64,000 nucleotides of DNA, from the NCBI GenBank assembly GCA_030591525.1, contig JAUVAV010000009.1:16805-80804 (forward strand), in the 5' to 3' direction. This document shows, one piece after another, positions 18,695 through 27,662 of the stretch. Source of the stretch: a candidate division FCPU426 bacterium. GTDB lineage: Bacteria > Oederibacteriota > JAAXVQ01 > JAUVAV01. The notes under the pieces were generated by a model. It was given only the letters and a program-made list of their open reading frames with translations, was not told where the DNA came from and ran no database searches. The number at the start of each line of letters is the position of its first letter. The stretch's first letter is position 1. A program made the translations under genes and the position numbers.

Positions 18695-19647
18695 TGCCCT
18701 GAATCCCCTTGAGTTCGGCCGGGTTCAGCCTGGCGGTTTTTAAAGAATTCTACGGTCCTGGCAATGCCTTCGGCCAAGCTGGCACGCGGCTCCCATCCCA
18801 GTACTTGTCCCGCCAGACCGGCATCAAGGTAATTAGCTTGCAAATCTCCCCGGCGCGGAGGACCGTGCTGGGCCTGAATATCGCTTTGCATAACCATTCG
18901 TATGGTTTCATACAAGACATTGACGTCGGTCGGCTTGTTAGTACCAATATTCAAGGCGATATTTTCTCCCTTGGTCAGGGCTTTCAGGTTGGCTGCTACC
19001 ACATCCCCCACAAACACATAATCACGTATGCAAGAACCGTCTCCATTGATAATGGGCGTTTTCCCTCTCAACAAAGCTTTAATAAAAATAGACACCACGC
19101 CGGCTTCTCCGTGCGGGTCCTGCCGGGGACCATAAACATTGCTATAGCGGAAAACCACATATTTCATTTTAGTCCGGCCGGCAAAGAATTTAAGATACAT
19201 CTCGCCCGCGTATTTGGAAATGCCGTAAGGCGATGCCGGCTGCATAGGAAAATCTTCCCGGGCCGGAAGATTTTCCGGCTCGCCATATACTACTCCGCCG
19301 GAGGATACATAGATAATTTTCTCGACCTGGTGCTTTTGGCAGGCTTGCAGCAAATTAAGCCATCCCATTACATTGATTTGCGCGTCCACCATCGGTTTAT
19401 CCACTGACAATGGAACCGAAATTTGCGCGGCGTGATGATCGACTACCTGAGGCTTGAACTCCGCGAAAACCTCGTCTATCCGCGGGTCGGCAATATCCAT
19501 TTGATAAAACTTGGCCTTAGGATCGACATTCTCCCGGGTTCCGGAAGAAAGATCATCCACTATCGCGACCTCATGTCCGGCCTGTATAAAGGCGTCCGCT
19601 ACATTCGAGCCGATGAATCCCGCGCCGCCGGTAACCAAAATTTTCAT
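18691..19647 (-). CDS. NAD-dependent sugar epimerase/dehydratase (GalE-like SDR)
   Basis: TGGAGFIGS Rossmann motif and YxxxK (YGISKYAGE). Confidence 0.8.
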   Translation of the reverse strand: MKILVTGGAGFIGSNVADAFIQAGHEVAIVDDLSSGTRENVDPKAKFYQMDIADPRIDEVFAEFKPQVVDHHAAQISVPLSVDKPMVDAQINVMGWLNLLQACQKHQVEKIIYVSSGGVVYGEPENLPAREDFPMQPASPYGISKYAGEMYLKFFAGRTKMKYVVFRYSNVYGPRQDPHGEAGVVSIFIKALLRGKTPIINGDGSCIRDYVFVGDVVAANLKALTKGENIALNIGTNKPTDVNVLYETIRMVMQSDIQAQHGPPRRGDLQANYLDAGLAGQVLGWEPRASLAEGIARTVEFFKNRQAEPGRTQGDSGQ

Positions 19648-19667
19648 GCTTAACCTCCGAAAAATAT

Positions 19668-21092
19668 TTAATATGCCTCTTTATGATGAAACACATCCAG
19701 CAAGGTTTGTATGAGCAATTTAAGGTCTAGGGCCAGGGACCAGTTTTCCACATACCACAGGTCATACTTGGTCCGCTCTTCTATCGGCGTGTTGCCCCGC
19801 AGGCCGTGAATCTGGGCCCAGCCGGTTATGCCGGCCTTGACTTGATGCCGGTCCAGGTAGCGGGGAATTGTATCCTCAAACTGCTTTACAAAATGAGGCC
19901 TTTCCGGACGGGGTCCGACCAGGCTCATCTCGCCCTTTAGAACATTAAAAAGCTGCGGCAATTCGTCGAGCGAGGTTTTTCTCAAAAAGCGTCCGATCCG
20001 GGTCCGGCGGACATCTTCTTTCCGGGCCCAGACCGGCCCGGTTGAGTTTTCGGCATCCTGGCGCATGGAGCGGAATTTGAAAATAGTAAACGGCTGGTTC
20101 CCCCTGCCAACCCGCTCCTGCCGAAAAAAAACCGGTCCGGCTGAGGAGAATTTTATTGCCAGACCCAGAATTAATAAAAGCGGCGAAAGCAGAATTATAG
20201 CCGGAACGACGCAGACCAGATCAAGGCCGCGTTTTAATATCCGGGACAGCGGCTTGGACAGCGGCGCTTCCTTAAGCGCAAAAACCGGAATGCCGGAAAT
20301 CTCTTCCATTGTCATGGGATTGGTGATAATTCCAAATAAATCAGAGACGATCTTGAATTCCACGCCTGGGAATTGCGCAGTCAGCAGGGCTTCTGCGGTC
20401 CGCGCATGCGCGGTCGCCGGAAGGGCGAAAACCACCTCGTCTATTCTCTCTTGCCGGATAATTTCATTTAAATCATTCAGGCTTCCCAGCACCCGGTCCC
20501 TTCGGCCCGGTCCCGGGGACTGCTCCCTCAGCCCGGCATTTTTCTGATCAGTCACAAATCCTATCAACCGGTAACCTAATCCCGGAAATCGTTTCACCTG
20601 ATCGGCTATGAAATAGGCGGTCTCGGTCATACCCACCAGGGCCAAGCGGGATATTCCCACGCCCCGGCGCCTGAGACTGATCTGAATCCGGCGCAGCCAG
20701 GAACGCGCCAGCACGGTTAAAACCAGGGTAAATCCCCAGGCATAGAACAGCACTATACGGGAGTAGGTCACGCGGCGGTAGAAAAAGCTTAAACCAACAA
20801 TAATTAAAAAAGCCACGGTCAAAGCCTTAAATATCCGCGGGAATTCATCCACTCCTGAAATACCGCGGCGCTGAATATAAAGCCCGGCATACTGGAAACA
20901 AATCAGAGTCACGCCGATCACTATGGGCATGGCTTGCAGGTATAAAGTCACCTCCGGGACATTGTGCCGCAGGGGAATGGGCCATCCGCAAAACCTTAAA
21001 TAGTAGGCCGCTAAAAAAGCCGCACTCACCACCAGGATATCCGTGCCCAGGTTAAGGTAATAAAATAATTTGGACAAGCCTTGACGAATCAT
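19668..21092 (-). CDS. Undecaprenyl-phosphate hexose-1-phosphate transferase (WbaP-like priming glycosyltransferase)
   Basis: Five N-term TM segments; C-term bacterial sugar transferase domain [21 protein letters not shown]. Confidence 0.85.
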   Translation of the reverse strand: MIRQGLSKLFYYLNLGTDILVVSAAFLAAYYLRFCGWPIPLRHNVPEVTLYLQAMPIVIGVTLICFQYAGLYIQRRGISGVDEFPRIFKALTVAFLIIVGLSFFYRRVTYSRIVLFYAWGFTLVLTVLARSWLRRIQISLRRRGVGISRLALVGMTETAYFIADQVKRFPGLGYRLIGFVTDQKNAGLREQSPGPGRRDRVLGSLNDLNEIIRQERIDEVVFALPATAHARTAEALLTAQFPGVEFKIVSDLFGIITNPMTMEEISGIPVFALKEAPLSKPLSRILKRGLDLVCVVPAIILLSPLLLILGLAIKFSSAGPVFFRQERVGRGNQPFTIFKFRSMRQDAENSTGPVWARKEDVRRTRIGRFLRKTSLDELPQLFNVLKGEMSLVGPRPERPHFVKQFEDTIPRYLDRHQVKAGITGWAQIHGLRGNTPIEERTKYDLWYVENWSLALDLKLLIQTLLDVFHHKEAY

Positions 21093-21107
21093 TATAACCT
21101 CAATTAA

Positions 21108-22199
21108 TTATATCTTCTCCAGGCAAGCCTTAATCGTATCTGCCAATTCCGATTTGAACCGGGAGCGATTAAATTGCATGGCCCGCGACCTGATTTTCCC
21201 AGGATCCCAAACCATGGTTTGGGACTCCTTTATTGCTTCCCGCAACGAGGCAGGTGTGGGCTGATTAAAAAATATCCCGGTTTCACCCTGGACCACGGTT
21301 TCCCGAACTCCGCCCTTGCCATAAGCGATTACCGGCCGGCCGGAAGCCATGGCTTCCAACGGAGTTATGCCGAAATCCTCTTCCCCGGGAAAGATAAAGG
21401 CACGGCATTGCGCGTAAAGCTCAACCAGTTTTTCGGTTCCGGGTTTTTCCAAAAACTTTACGCACGGGCCGGCCAGACGTTGCAGGCGTTTTTTTTCCGG
21501 CCCGCTCCCCACTACCATGAGCGGCAGCTTGAGCTCATTACAGGCAACAATGGCCCGGTCAACGCGCTTGTAAGGCACCAAAGCCGAAACTACCAGGTAA
21601 AATCCGCCGGATTCCCGGGCAATTTGGAAACGCTCAATCTCAACCGGCGGATGAACAACCGCGGCCGGACGGTGATAGTATTTTTTTATCCGGCGCGCCA
21701 CATGCTGGGAATTGGCGATAAAAGCATCGACTCTGCCAGCAGTCACTGTGTCCCAAACCCGCAGACGACTGATCGCCAAAGAGACAAAAAATCGTTTTAG
21801 CCGGCCCCGGTTTCCAGCGGGAAAATATTCATGATACTGTTCCCAGGCATACCGCATAGGAGTATGACAGTAGCATATGTGCGGCGTGCCGGGCTGAGTA
21901 ATAGCGCCCTTGGCTACGCAATGCGAGGAAGAGATAACCAGGTCATAGGGACGCAGGTCGAATTGCTCTACCGCGGCTGGAAAAAACGGCAAGTAATTCC
22001 GGTAATGCCTCCGCGCTCCGGGCAGGTCTTGAATAAATGAAGTTATGACCCGGTGTCTCCGGATAATCGGAGAAATATTTTCCGGCTCGCAGAGCAGGGT
22101 ATAAACATCCGCTTGGGGATAAAGCTCGCAGAGCACTTCCAGCACTTTCTCGCCGCCCCGCATCCCATTAAGCCAGTCGTGCACCAAAGCTACATTCAT
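21108..22199 (-). CDS. GT4 glycosyltransferase
   Basis: GT-B fold with E-x7-E-like C-term; start is an ATG inside a TAATG overlap with the upstream stop. Confidence 0.75.
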   Translation of the reverse strand: MNVALVHDWLNGMRGGEKVLEVLCELYPQADVYTLLCEPENISPIIRRHRVITSFIQDLPGARRHYRNYLPFFPAAVEQFDLRPYDLVISSSHCVAKGAITQPGTPHICYCHTPMRYAWEQYHEYFPAGNRGRLKRFFVSLAISRLRVWDTVTAGRVDAFIANSQHVARRIKKYYHRPAAVVHPPVEIERFQIARESGGFYLVVSALVPYKRVDRAIVACNELKLPLMVVGSGPEKKRLQRLAGPCVKFLEKPGTEKLVELYAQCRAFIFPGEEDFGITPLEAMASGRPVIAYGKGGVRETVVQGETGIFFNQPTPASLREAIKESQTMVWDPGKIRSRAMQFNRSRFKSELADTIKACLEKI

Positions 22200-23362
22200 T
22201 ACGGATGAGATCCCTTCATTTTCAATAACTCCCCGGCCGCTTCCAGCACCTCGTTGGCCTTGATTCCCCGCATGCATGCCATGGTCCCTTCCCGGCAAAT
22301 TGTTACATCCTTTTGGCGAACCGTGACCGGAGTATAGCACGGCGAACAGGCCAAGGCATGGCGCACTACCCGGTGATGGGACCCGCGCGGCGCCAGCAGG
22401 TTAGGGTCAGTCGGCCCGAAAATAGATACTGTTGGTATTCCAACCGCGTCAGCTATGTGCAGCGGCCCGGAATCCCCGCCGATAAACAAGTCGCACTGTT
22501 TGAGCAAGGCTGCCAGCATAAGCAGGGAAGTCCGGCCCTCGGATCGAATGGCCGGAGGATCAAGCTGTACTCCCGCTAATAAGCGATCGATTACTTCAGC
22601 GTCCTGGGTGTTGCCCACCATGAGCATGCAGGCCTTAAAGCCACGGCTTAACTCTTGGCAAACCTCTTGGTAGCCTTCCAGCGGCCAGCGCTTGGTAGTC
22701 ATAACCGTTCCGGGGTTAACTCCTCCCCCGGGAAAAAGCGCCACTAAAGGCCCGGCTTTCCGCTTATATCCCTGTTGGGTCAAAAAGTCTTTCGCCGCTT
22801 GCTCAAGTTCAGGGGGCACGGCCAAGTCCAAGCTCCGGCTTTCCGCACTTAAGCCTAGAAACTTCAAGCCTTCAAGGTCCCGATCCACTTCATGAGCTTC
22901 GGGCCGAAAAGGCACTGGATGCGTATGGGCAAAACCACGCCCTTCCCAATCAAAACCAATGCGAATAGGTACATTCCCAGCGGCTGCCAGCAAACCGGCC
23001 AGCGGAGTTCGGTGCAGAATAAATGCCAGGTCAAATTGACCCTTCCGCACAGCCCGGATGGCTTGCCAGGCCCGCCTTAGCTTTTCCATCCTTCCCACTG
23101 GTTCATAGGCGTTGAATTCAATGATGTTGCTCACCCGGGGATCCCGGGACACCAACTCCCCGCACCAGGAGCTTACCATATAAGTTATGCGGACTCGAGG
23201 ATAATTACTCTGCAGAACCCGCAATAAAGGAGTAGTGAAAAGAATATCCCCAATGCAGCAAAGCTTGATTACCAGGATGCGCTGAATATTCTCCGCCCTT
23301 ACCGGACGTGGTTTGGCCGATTGAAAAAAGACCCGCAATAATCGAAAAAATAGTTTTTTCAT
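22199..23362 (-). CDS. GT9 ADP-heptose:LPS heptosyltransferase family
   Basis: ILVIKLCCIGDILFTTP N-term motif and overall GT9 architecture. Confidence 0.8.
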   Translation of the reverse strand: MKKLFFRLLRVFFQSAKPRPVRAENIQRILVIKLCCIGDILFTTPLLRVLQSNYPRVRITYMVSSWCGELVSRDPRVSNIIEFNAYEPVGRMEKLRRAWQAIRAVRKGQFDLAFILHRTPLAGLLAAAGNVPIRIGFDWEGRGFAHTHPVPFRPEAHEVDRDLEGLKFLGLSAESRSLDLAVPPELEQAAKDFLTQQGYKRKAGPLVALFPGGGVNPGTVMTTKRWPLEGYQEVCQELSRGFKACMLMVGNTQDAEVIDRLLAGVQLDPPAIRSEGRTSLLMLAALLKQCDLFIGGDSGPLHIADAVGIPTVSIFGPTDPNLLAPRGSHHRVVRHALACSPCYTPVTVRQKDVTICREGTMACMRGIKANEVLEAAGELLKMKGSHP

Positions 23363-23439
23363 TCACCTTTGCCTGATCCGGCCAAACCGGAAGTAATTTA
23401 GGATTATTAATTTACCTTAGGAATAACATAAAGACAATT

Positions 23440-23473
23440 AAAAAAAACGGGCGGTAACCGCCCGTTTTTTTTT
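23440..23473. terminator. Bidirectional intrinsic terminator hairpin (A8-CGGGCGG-taa-CCGCCCG-T9)
   Basis: 7-bp GC stem flanked by an A-run and a T-run. Confidence 0.75.
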
Positions 23474-23478
23474 ACTCA

Positions 23479-23508
23479 TTGACACTCCCTTCCAGCCTCT
23501 GATATATT
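23479..23508 (+). promoter_or_regulatory. Candidate sigma70-like promoter TTGACA-18-TATATT for the downstream GGDEF gene
   Basis: Hexamer spacing; lies 36 bp upstream of the ATG at 23544. Confidence 0.35.
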
Positions 23509-23543
23509 TTTCTTGAAAAATAATTACCTATCGGCTGGACAGA

Positions 23544-24845
23544 ATGAAATTTCTGCTTAATTTATTAATTGGTGATTCGACGTTTGCTAAGCGACGGGCT
23601 GTTACACGCTTGATTATGCCTATGGTTTTGCTGATATTGGCTTATCTTGCAATGGACGCGGTCTTAATGCTGCAACCTGCATACCAGGTTCTGTTGGTTA
23701 ATCTGCCTTATCTTCTGATTTTGCTGGCCATAGTGCTGAGCCAGCACTTTAGCCAGGGACGTGTGGGATTCGCGGCATTGATAATGGGCCTGGCCTACTG
23801 GGTGATCCAGAACCGGCTGCAAACTCCCCTGTCCGAGGGAACGGTTCTGCTTGAATATGTGCTATTAGGCGCCGGATTAGCGGTTAATCTGCCGCTGTTC
23901 GCAATGCTGCCTGAGCGCCGGATGTTTTCCCGCCGCGGATTGATTTATCTGGTTTTATTGATAAGCCAGCTGGGAGCGGCCGCTTTTTTTGTTTCCTTAA
24001 TATCAGCTCAGCCGGACAGCAGTCTGGCCGGTTCAGTGAGCAATTTTCTGGCAATCTACTTTTCCCGCCCCTTTGAGCAGTTCATTCTTCCTTTGCGGTT
24101 GGCAGCTTTGCTAACGCTGAGCCTGGGTTTTATTATTGCGCTGCAATTTACCCGAGGCCATATTGCGGACCAGGTTTTCTTTGGTTCCATATTAGCCGTT
24201 GGTTGGACTTTGGTGAAATTCCAACAACCGTTTATTTCCACCCTGCTGTTTAGCGCCACAGCCGCGGTTATGCTGCTAAACCTGTTTCTCAGCAGTCATG
24301 ATATGGCGTTTCTTGATGAGCTGACCGGACTGCCCGGGCGGCGGGCGTTAAACACCGAGTTAAAGCATTTGGGCCGTTGTTATACGATTGCCATGCTGGA
24401 CGTGGATCACTTCAAAAAGTTCAATGATACCTGGGGGCATGACACCGGCGACAACGTATTGCGCCTGGTGTCCTCCCGGATGATAAATTTAAAAGGCGTG
24501 GGCAAGGCTTATCGCTATGGCGGCGAAGAGTTCCTGGTTTTGTTTAATGGTATGAGCGCCCAGGACTGCAAGTCCCACCTTGAAATGCTAAGAGAGGCAA
24601 TCGCTGAATATAAAATAACCATCCGCGATGCCAAGCGGCGGCCGTCTGATAAAAAAGGAATATGTATGCGGGGCGAAAAAAGACCCGGCAAACAAGTTAG
24701 TGTCACGATCAGTATTGGCGCTGCCGAGCGGAATCAACACATAACCACGCCGAACGAGGTAATCAAAGCCGCGGATAAAGCTTTGTACAAGGCAAAAAAA
24801 GCCGGACGTAATTGCGTGGTAACCGCTAGGAGTTTGAGCAATTAG
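23544..24845 (+). CDS. Polytopic membrane diguanylate cyclase (about 8 TM plus GGDEF, GGEEF)
   Basis: RYGGEEFLVLF GGDEF core; N-terminal ~260 aa are hydrophobic helices. Confidence 0.85.
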   Translation: MKFLLNLLIGDSTFAKRRAVTRLIMPMVLLILAYLAMDAVLMLQPAYQVLLVNLPYLLILLAIVLSQHFSQGRVGFAALIMGLAYWVIQNRLQTPLSEGTVLLEYVLLGAGLAVNLPLFAMLPERRMFSRRGLIYLVLLISQLGAAAFFVSLISAQPDSSLAGSVSNFLAIYFSRPFEQFILPLRLAALLTLSLGFIIALQFTRGHIADQVFFGSILAVGWTLVKFQQPFISTLLFSATAAVMLLNLFLSSHDMAFLDELTGLPGRRALNTELKHLGRCYTIAMLDVDHFKKFNDTWGHDTGDNVLRLVSSRMINLKGVGKAYRYGGEEFLVLFNGMSAQDCKSHLEMLREAIAEYKITIRDAKRRPSDKKGICMRGEKRPGKQVSVTISIGAAERNQHITTPNEVIKAADKALYKAKKAGRNCVVTARSLSN

Positions 24846-24870
24846 TCTATGACTAAATGCTCAGGCTCCT
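24828..24870. repeat. 43-bp palindrome AGGAGTTTGAGCAATTAGTCTATGACTAAATGCTCAGGCTCCT overlapping the GGDEF stop codon (partner of 12411-12452)
   Basis: Near-identical to the reverse complement of the 12.4-kb copy. Confidence 0.8.
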
Positions 24871-25044
24871 AGTGTCGTGTCTCGGAAATAGATTCAATAA
24901 GACCTCCCCCTTTGGAAAAGGGGGATCGAGGGGGATTTGCCAGAAAAACCCACCCACGATTGATAAAATCCCCCCTGCCCCCCTTTTGTGAAAGGGGGAA
25001 AATCAGCACGAATTATTGAACGAATTTCTGAGACACTACACTAG
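24869..25044. mobile_element. MITE-like element: 32-bp imperfect terminal inverted repeats flanking an internally palindromic C5/G5-rich core
   Basis: ctagtgtcgtgtctcggaaatagattcaataa vs reverse complement of ttattgaacgaatttctgagacactacactag (27/32 match); internal ccccctttggaaaaggggg hairpins. Confidence 0.5.
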
Positions 25045-25047
25045 CGT

Positions 25048-26172
25048 TTAAATATTCAACCATTGCCTGGCCGCCTGAATGGTTTCCTCCACGACCGCCT
25101 CTTTCCCAGGATGGCGGATTACCGTGGAGCGCACTCCTTCTCCCCAGGGGCCCCACTCTTCCGGCGTATTGGTTTCGCTCCATAATATAACCACCGGGAT
25201 TCCCTGGGTTACTGCCAAATGGGCAGGCCCGGAATCATTCCCAACAAATAAATCCGCTGCTACGGTCAAGGCTCCCAGGCCGCGCAGCGAGGTCTCGCCG
25301 GCCAGTATTCTGACCGGCTGTTGGCATAATCCGGCAACATTCTCAGCCAGGGATTTTTCCGCGGCTGTGCCCACCAGGACAATTTCACAGCCATGCTCTG
25401 TCAATGCGTCGCAAACCTGGGCAAAAGCGGTTGGCGGCCAGCACTTGGCAGGATCGCCAGAACCAGGATGCATTACAACTTTATATCCAGCGCCATGCCA
25501 TATTTTTTCCCCGCGCTGAAGTTCATCCGCATTTAAAGCCAGAGGGATAAAGGTCTGGGGCGTTTCCCTGGCTCCCAGGGCCCGGACCGCGTCCAAATCC
25601 CGCTCTACCTCGTGAACCTGGGCCCGCAGTTTGAGCGGTAAGTGCAGAAGAAAACCTCCGCCCGTTATACCGTATCCAACTCTCACCCTGATTCCGGCCA
25701 GCATAAGCAGGATATGATGCCGCAGATCTCCGCGCAGATCAAGGGAGAGGTCAAAATGGCGGTGCCGCAGTTCGCGAACCAAGCCCCCAAAACCCACCTG
25801 TTTATGGCCGGCATCCGACCGCTTAAACCAGGGGGCTTGCCAAATTATCGTCTCGTCAATACCGGGATCTTGGCTAAGCAAGGCCGCGCCCGCTCTGGAA
25901 ACCAATACCGTTATCCGCGCCTGGGGATAAAGCGCTCTGAGGGCCTGGAAACAGGGACGTGCAAAAAGAAGATCTCCAATATGATCCAGCCGGATTACCA
26001 GAATCCTGGCCGGGTTGGCCAGCACCTTGGGATCGGGCCGCAATCCCCTTCCCCAGGTAAAAAGTTTCACCAGTATACTGCCTGCCAGATCCAGTATCCC
26101 AGCGCCTAACCTCAGCCAGAAAGAGCGAAAAACATAACATCGTTCTCCCCGCCCGCATGATGACTGCTTCAT
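25048..26172 (-). CDS. GT9 heptosyltransferase family
   Basis: ARILVIRLDHIGDLLFARP motif. Confidence 0.8.
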   Translation of the reverse strand: MKQSSCGRGERCYVFRSFWLRLGAGILDLAGSILVKLFTWGRGLRPDPKVLANPARILVIRLDHIGDLLFARPCFQALRALYPQARITVLVSRAGAALLSQDPGIDETIIWQAPWFKRSDAGHKQVGFGGLVRELRHRHFDLSLDLRGDLRHHILLMLAGIRVRVGYGITGGGFLLHLPLKLRAQVHEVERDLDAVRALGARETPQTFIPLALNADELQRGEKIWHGAGYKVVMHPGSGDPAKCWPPTAFAQVCDALTEHGCEIVLVGTAAEKSLAENVAGLCQQPVRILAGETSLRGLGALTVAADLFVGNDSGPAHLAVTQGIPVVILWSETNTPEEWGPWGEGVRSTVIRHPGKEAVVEETIQAARQWLNI

Positions 26173-27662
26173 AAGACTTTAGGTTCAAAGAGAATGATGC
26201 GTATTCCCCCTGACTGATGTTCATATTTCGGTTTGTATCCGGACAAAAACCATTCCCGGATCAACTTCTGGGACCGGCCCTGATTCACCAACACCAGCCA
26301 TACCCGCTGTTTACCTGCAAAAAGGGATTTTAACTGATCAATATTCTCACGGTCAATGTAAAAGTAGTTCTTAGTAACTCCGGAAATCGGATCATAAGTG
26401 CCCGGGATTCCCTGGATCAGGACATCATCGCGCAAGTAGTAATCCAAAGGGTTTTCGTTCCAGGCCGGGTAGATGGCCACAGCCTCATCCTTCCGGACCT
26501 GCTTCTCAATAATCGCCGCGACCTCCCTCCAGTTATCATAATATCCATACACGAAATATTGATTCCCCATCGGGATGGCAAAACCCGCCAGTATGAGCCC
26601 GCCAACAATAATACTTTTCCTGCGCGGAAGCGCGGCGAGCGCAGCGCCCAGCAGCAGCAGCCAGGCAGCGGCCGAAAAACTAAGATACCGGTTATCAAAA
26701 ACATTTATTTTATTTATGGAATAGGCCCACACTAAACCCAGGGGAACAAAAACACTTGTAAAGATCAATCCCCAGGCTCTCGGCAACATCACCCCATACC
26801 AATCCCGCCACCGTGGAAAAAGATACGCGCCGATCGAAATTGCAGCTGCCAATAGCAGGCTCCCGGCGGAAAGCTTATCCGCCAGAGTCCAGCAAGACGT
26901 GCCTACCATAAAGATGTAAAACGAGTGCAGGGGTTCGAACCACGAAGTGCTTGTTCCGCGCCAGGACGGCCCGCCGCGGCTTAGATGCTCCCAAAATATG
27001 GAAAGCCAGGGAGCATAACCTAATAACAGAAACATTTGGATCAGCATCCAGGCTTTTCTTTTTTTTCGGGAAAGTTTTAATTTACCAATCCCCATAAATA
27101 TATAAAGGTGCTGGGAAAACAAAACCAGAAACCCAAAATAGTGCGTATATAAGGCTGCCAGCATGGCCGCTCCATACCCAACCATTGACCAGATCCTATC
27201 ATCATTTAAAAAGCGCCAGAAAAAATACCATGCCAGCACTGCCAGCAGTGCCAAAAGTCCGGCCATGCGGCCCGAACGCGAAAGCTCCAGAAAATATGGA
27301 GAAAAAGTCACTAATCCGGCCGTAAACCAGGCTGCCCGGCGGTTTATCATAGCCTCAACAAGTTTGAAGATCACTGGAATTAAAAGCGCACCGATTAGAG
27401 CGGAAAGCGAGCGCAGAGCGAATTCGCTCGTTCCGAATAAGCGGATCCATGCGCCCAGCAGGATATGAAAAAGCGGGGGATGGATATCCATGACCGCGCC
27501 CTGCACAATTCCCTTCCAATCTGCCGAGGCCAGCTTCAAGCTATAGGCCTCATCCAGCCAGAGGGAACGGAAACCCAGGCGGAAAAGCCTCAGACCCAGG
27601 GCCAGCAGTGTCAGCCCTGCCAGATAAAAGCGAGGTTGTTTTATGTTTTTTATTTCTATCAC
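26169..27662 (-). CDS. GT39/GT83 (ArnT/PMT-like) membrane glycosyltransferase
   Basis: Polytopic; N-term loop with LWLDEAY (DE motif). Confidence 0.75.
   Translation of the reverse strand: MIEIKNIKQPRFYLAGLTLLALGLRLFRLGFRSLWLDEAYSLKLASADWKGIVQGAVMDIHPPLFHILLGAWIRLFGTSEFALRSLSALIGALLIPVIFKLVEAMINRRAAWFTAGLVTFSPYFLELSRSGRMAGLLALLAVLAWYFFWRFLNDDRIWSMVGYGAAMLAALYTHYFGFLVLFSQHLYIFMGIGKLKLSRKKRKAWMLIQMFLLLGYAPWLSIFWEHLSRGGPSWRGTSTSWFEPLHSFYIFMVGTSCWTLADKLSAGSLLLAAAISIGAYLFPRWRDWYGVMLPRAWGLIFTSVFVPLGLVWAYSINKINVFDNRYLSFSAAAWLLLLGAALAALPRRKSIIVGGLILAGFAIPMGNQYFVYGYYDNWREVAAIIEKQVRKDEAVAIYPAWNENPLDYYLRDDVLIQGIPGTYDPISGVTKNYFYIDRENIDQLKSLFAGKQRVWLVLVNQGRSQKLIREWFLSGYKPKYEHQSGGIRIILFEPKVL

Noticed and set aside
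22196-22201. One-nucleotide and four-nucleotide gene overlaps (TAATG / ATGA) at many junctions (22199, 28810, 26169-26172, 27659-27662, 38436-38439, 56259-56262)
   Set aside because: This is normal translational coupling in operons, not frameshift sites or fused genes. It was used only to choose start codons.
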